DNA of 64,000 nt from Syntrophomonas sp. DTU019 (GTDB lineage: Bacteria > Bacillota > Syntrophomonadia > Syntrophomonadales > Syntrophomonadaceae), in assembly GCA_913757435.1 (NCBI GenBank), contig CAJYDM010000007.1, positions 10,647-74,646 of the forward strand, in the 5' to 3' direction. The notes under the pieces are model-generated. The model saw nothing but the letters and a program-made list of their open reading frames with translations, was not told where the DNA came from and did no database searches. A program made the position numbers and the translations under genes. Each line of letters begins with the position of its first letter. Position 1 is the first letter of the stretch. Of this stretch, positions 63,865 through 64,000 are shown one piece after another.

Positions 63865-64000
63865 GAGAACCGTCCCTTGTCACACCAGTGTTGTGTCAGA
63901 GAACCGTCCCCTGTCACATCTGTCGGAGAACCGTCCCCTGTCACACCAGTGTTGTGTCAGAGAACCGTCCCATGTCCACTAGTTGTGTCAGAGAACCGTC
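63865..64000. repeat. Array of at least five 27-34-bp units (TGTGTCRGAGAACCGTCCCYTGTCACA), running off the window
   Basis: GAGAACCGTCCC occurs at 63865, 63899, 63926, 63960 and 63990. The related hairpins AATGCGACAGAGGAG/CCTCTTCTGTCGCATT lie at 63690-63726. Confidence 0.85.

Noticed and set aside
63865-64000. Possible CRISPR arrays at 63865-64000, 54527-54870, 61016-61310 and 39492-40237.
   Set aside because: The repeats are contiguous or separated by sequences that are themselves repeated. There are no unique spacers of 25-40 bp and no cas genes in the window.
1-64000. Prophage, defence island, secretion system, or RiPP/NRPS/PKS cluster.
   Set aside because: No integrase (other than the IS transposase), capsid, terminase or portal gene is present. 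I also found no restriction-modification, Cas, Abi, toxin-antitoxin, reverse-transcriptase or biosynthetic core genes in any frame.

Overview
The window looks like a chromosomal segment from a moderately GC-rich, spore-forming anaerobic Firmicute. The gene content resembles Peptococcaceae/Desulfotomaculum: SigI/RsgI, YlmC, NrdR, the tail of the dcw cluster (pgeF-yggS-sepF-proC-yggT...divIVA...ileS), Hcp, NrfHA and MurT/GatD. I can support about 60 protein genes, one T-box leader, one IS1182-family insertion and several promoters and terminators. I see no rRNA, tRNA, CRISPR array, prophage or recognisable defence island. Most coding content is housekeeping, signalling or anaerobic nitrogen-oxide metabolism. 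The most unusual feature is in the non-coding DNA. A dispersed family of hairpin-forming repeats, built on a GGGGACGG(TTC) core next to TGTGACA/GCGACA arms, fills many intergenic regions as single units, 56-bp palindromes, ~110-170-bp modules and tandem arrays. One unit carries an 11-bp flanking duplication, which suggests MITE-like mobility. Members bracket nth, split the normally tight ACT/UPF0210 and murT/gatD gene pairs, flank a PAS kinase gene, and either host or mimic the ends of the IS. Other leads are listed below.
- A receptor-less kinase-CheR-kinase module, in which the kinase carries an EELQS coiled coil.
- A polyprenyl synthase plus DUF2600 (YtpB-like) pair that suggests C35 terpenoid synthesis.
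- A perfect sigma-54 promoter in front of an orphan 120-aa gene.
- A 16-Cys protein with CPxVLSD repeats.
- Several unexplained tandem or boxed repeats, and one candidate structured RNA.
All family calls rest on motif recognition by eye. No database search was run.
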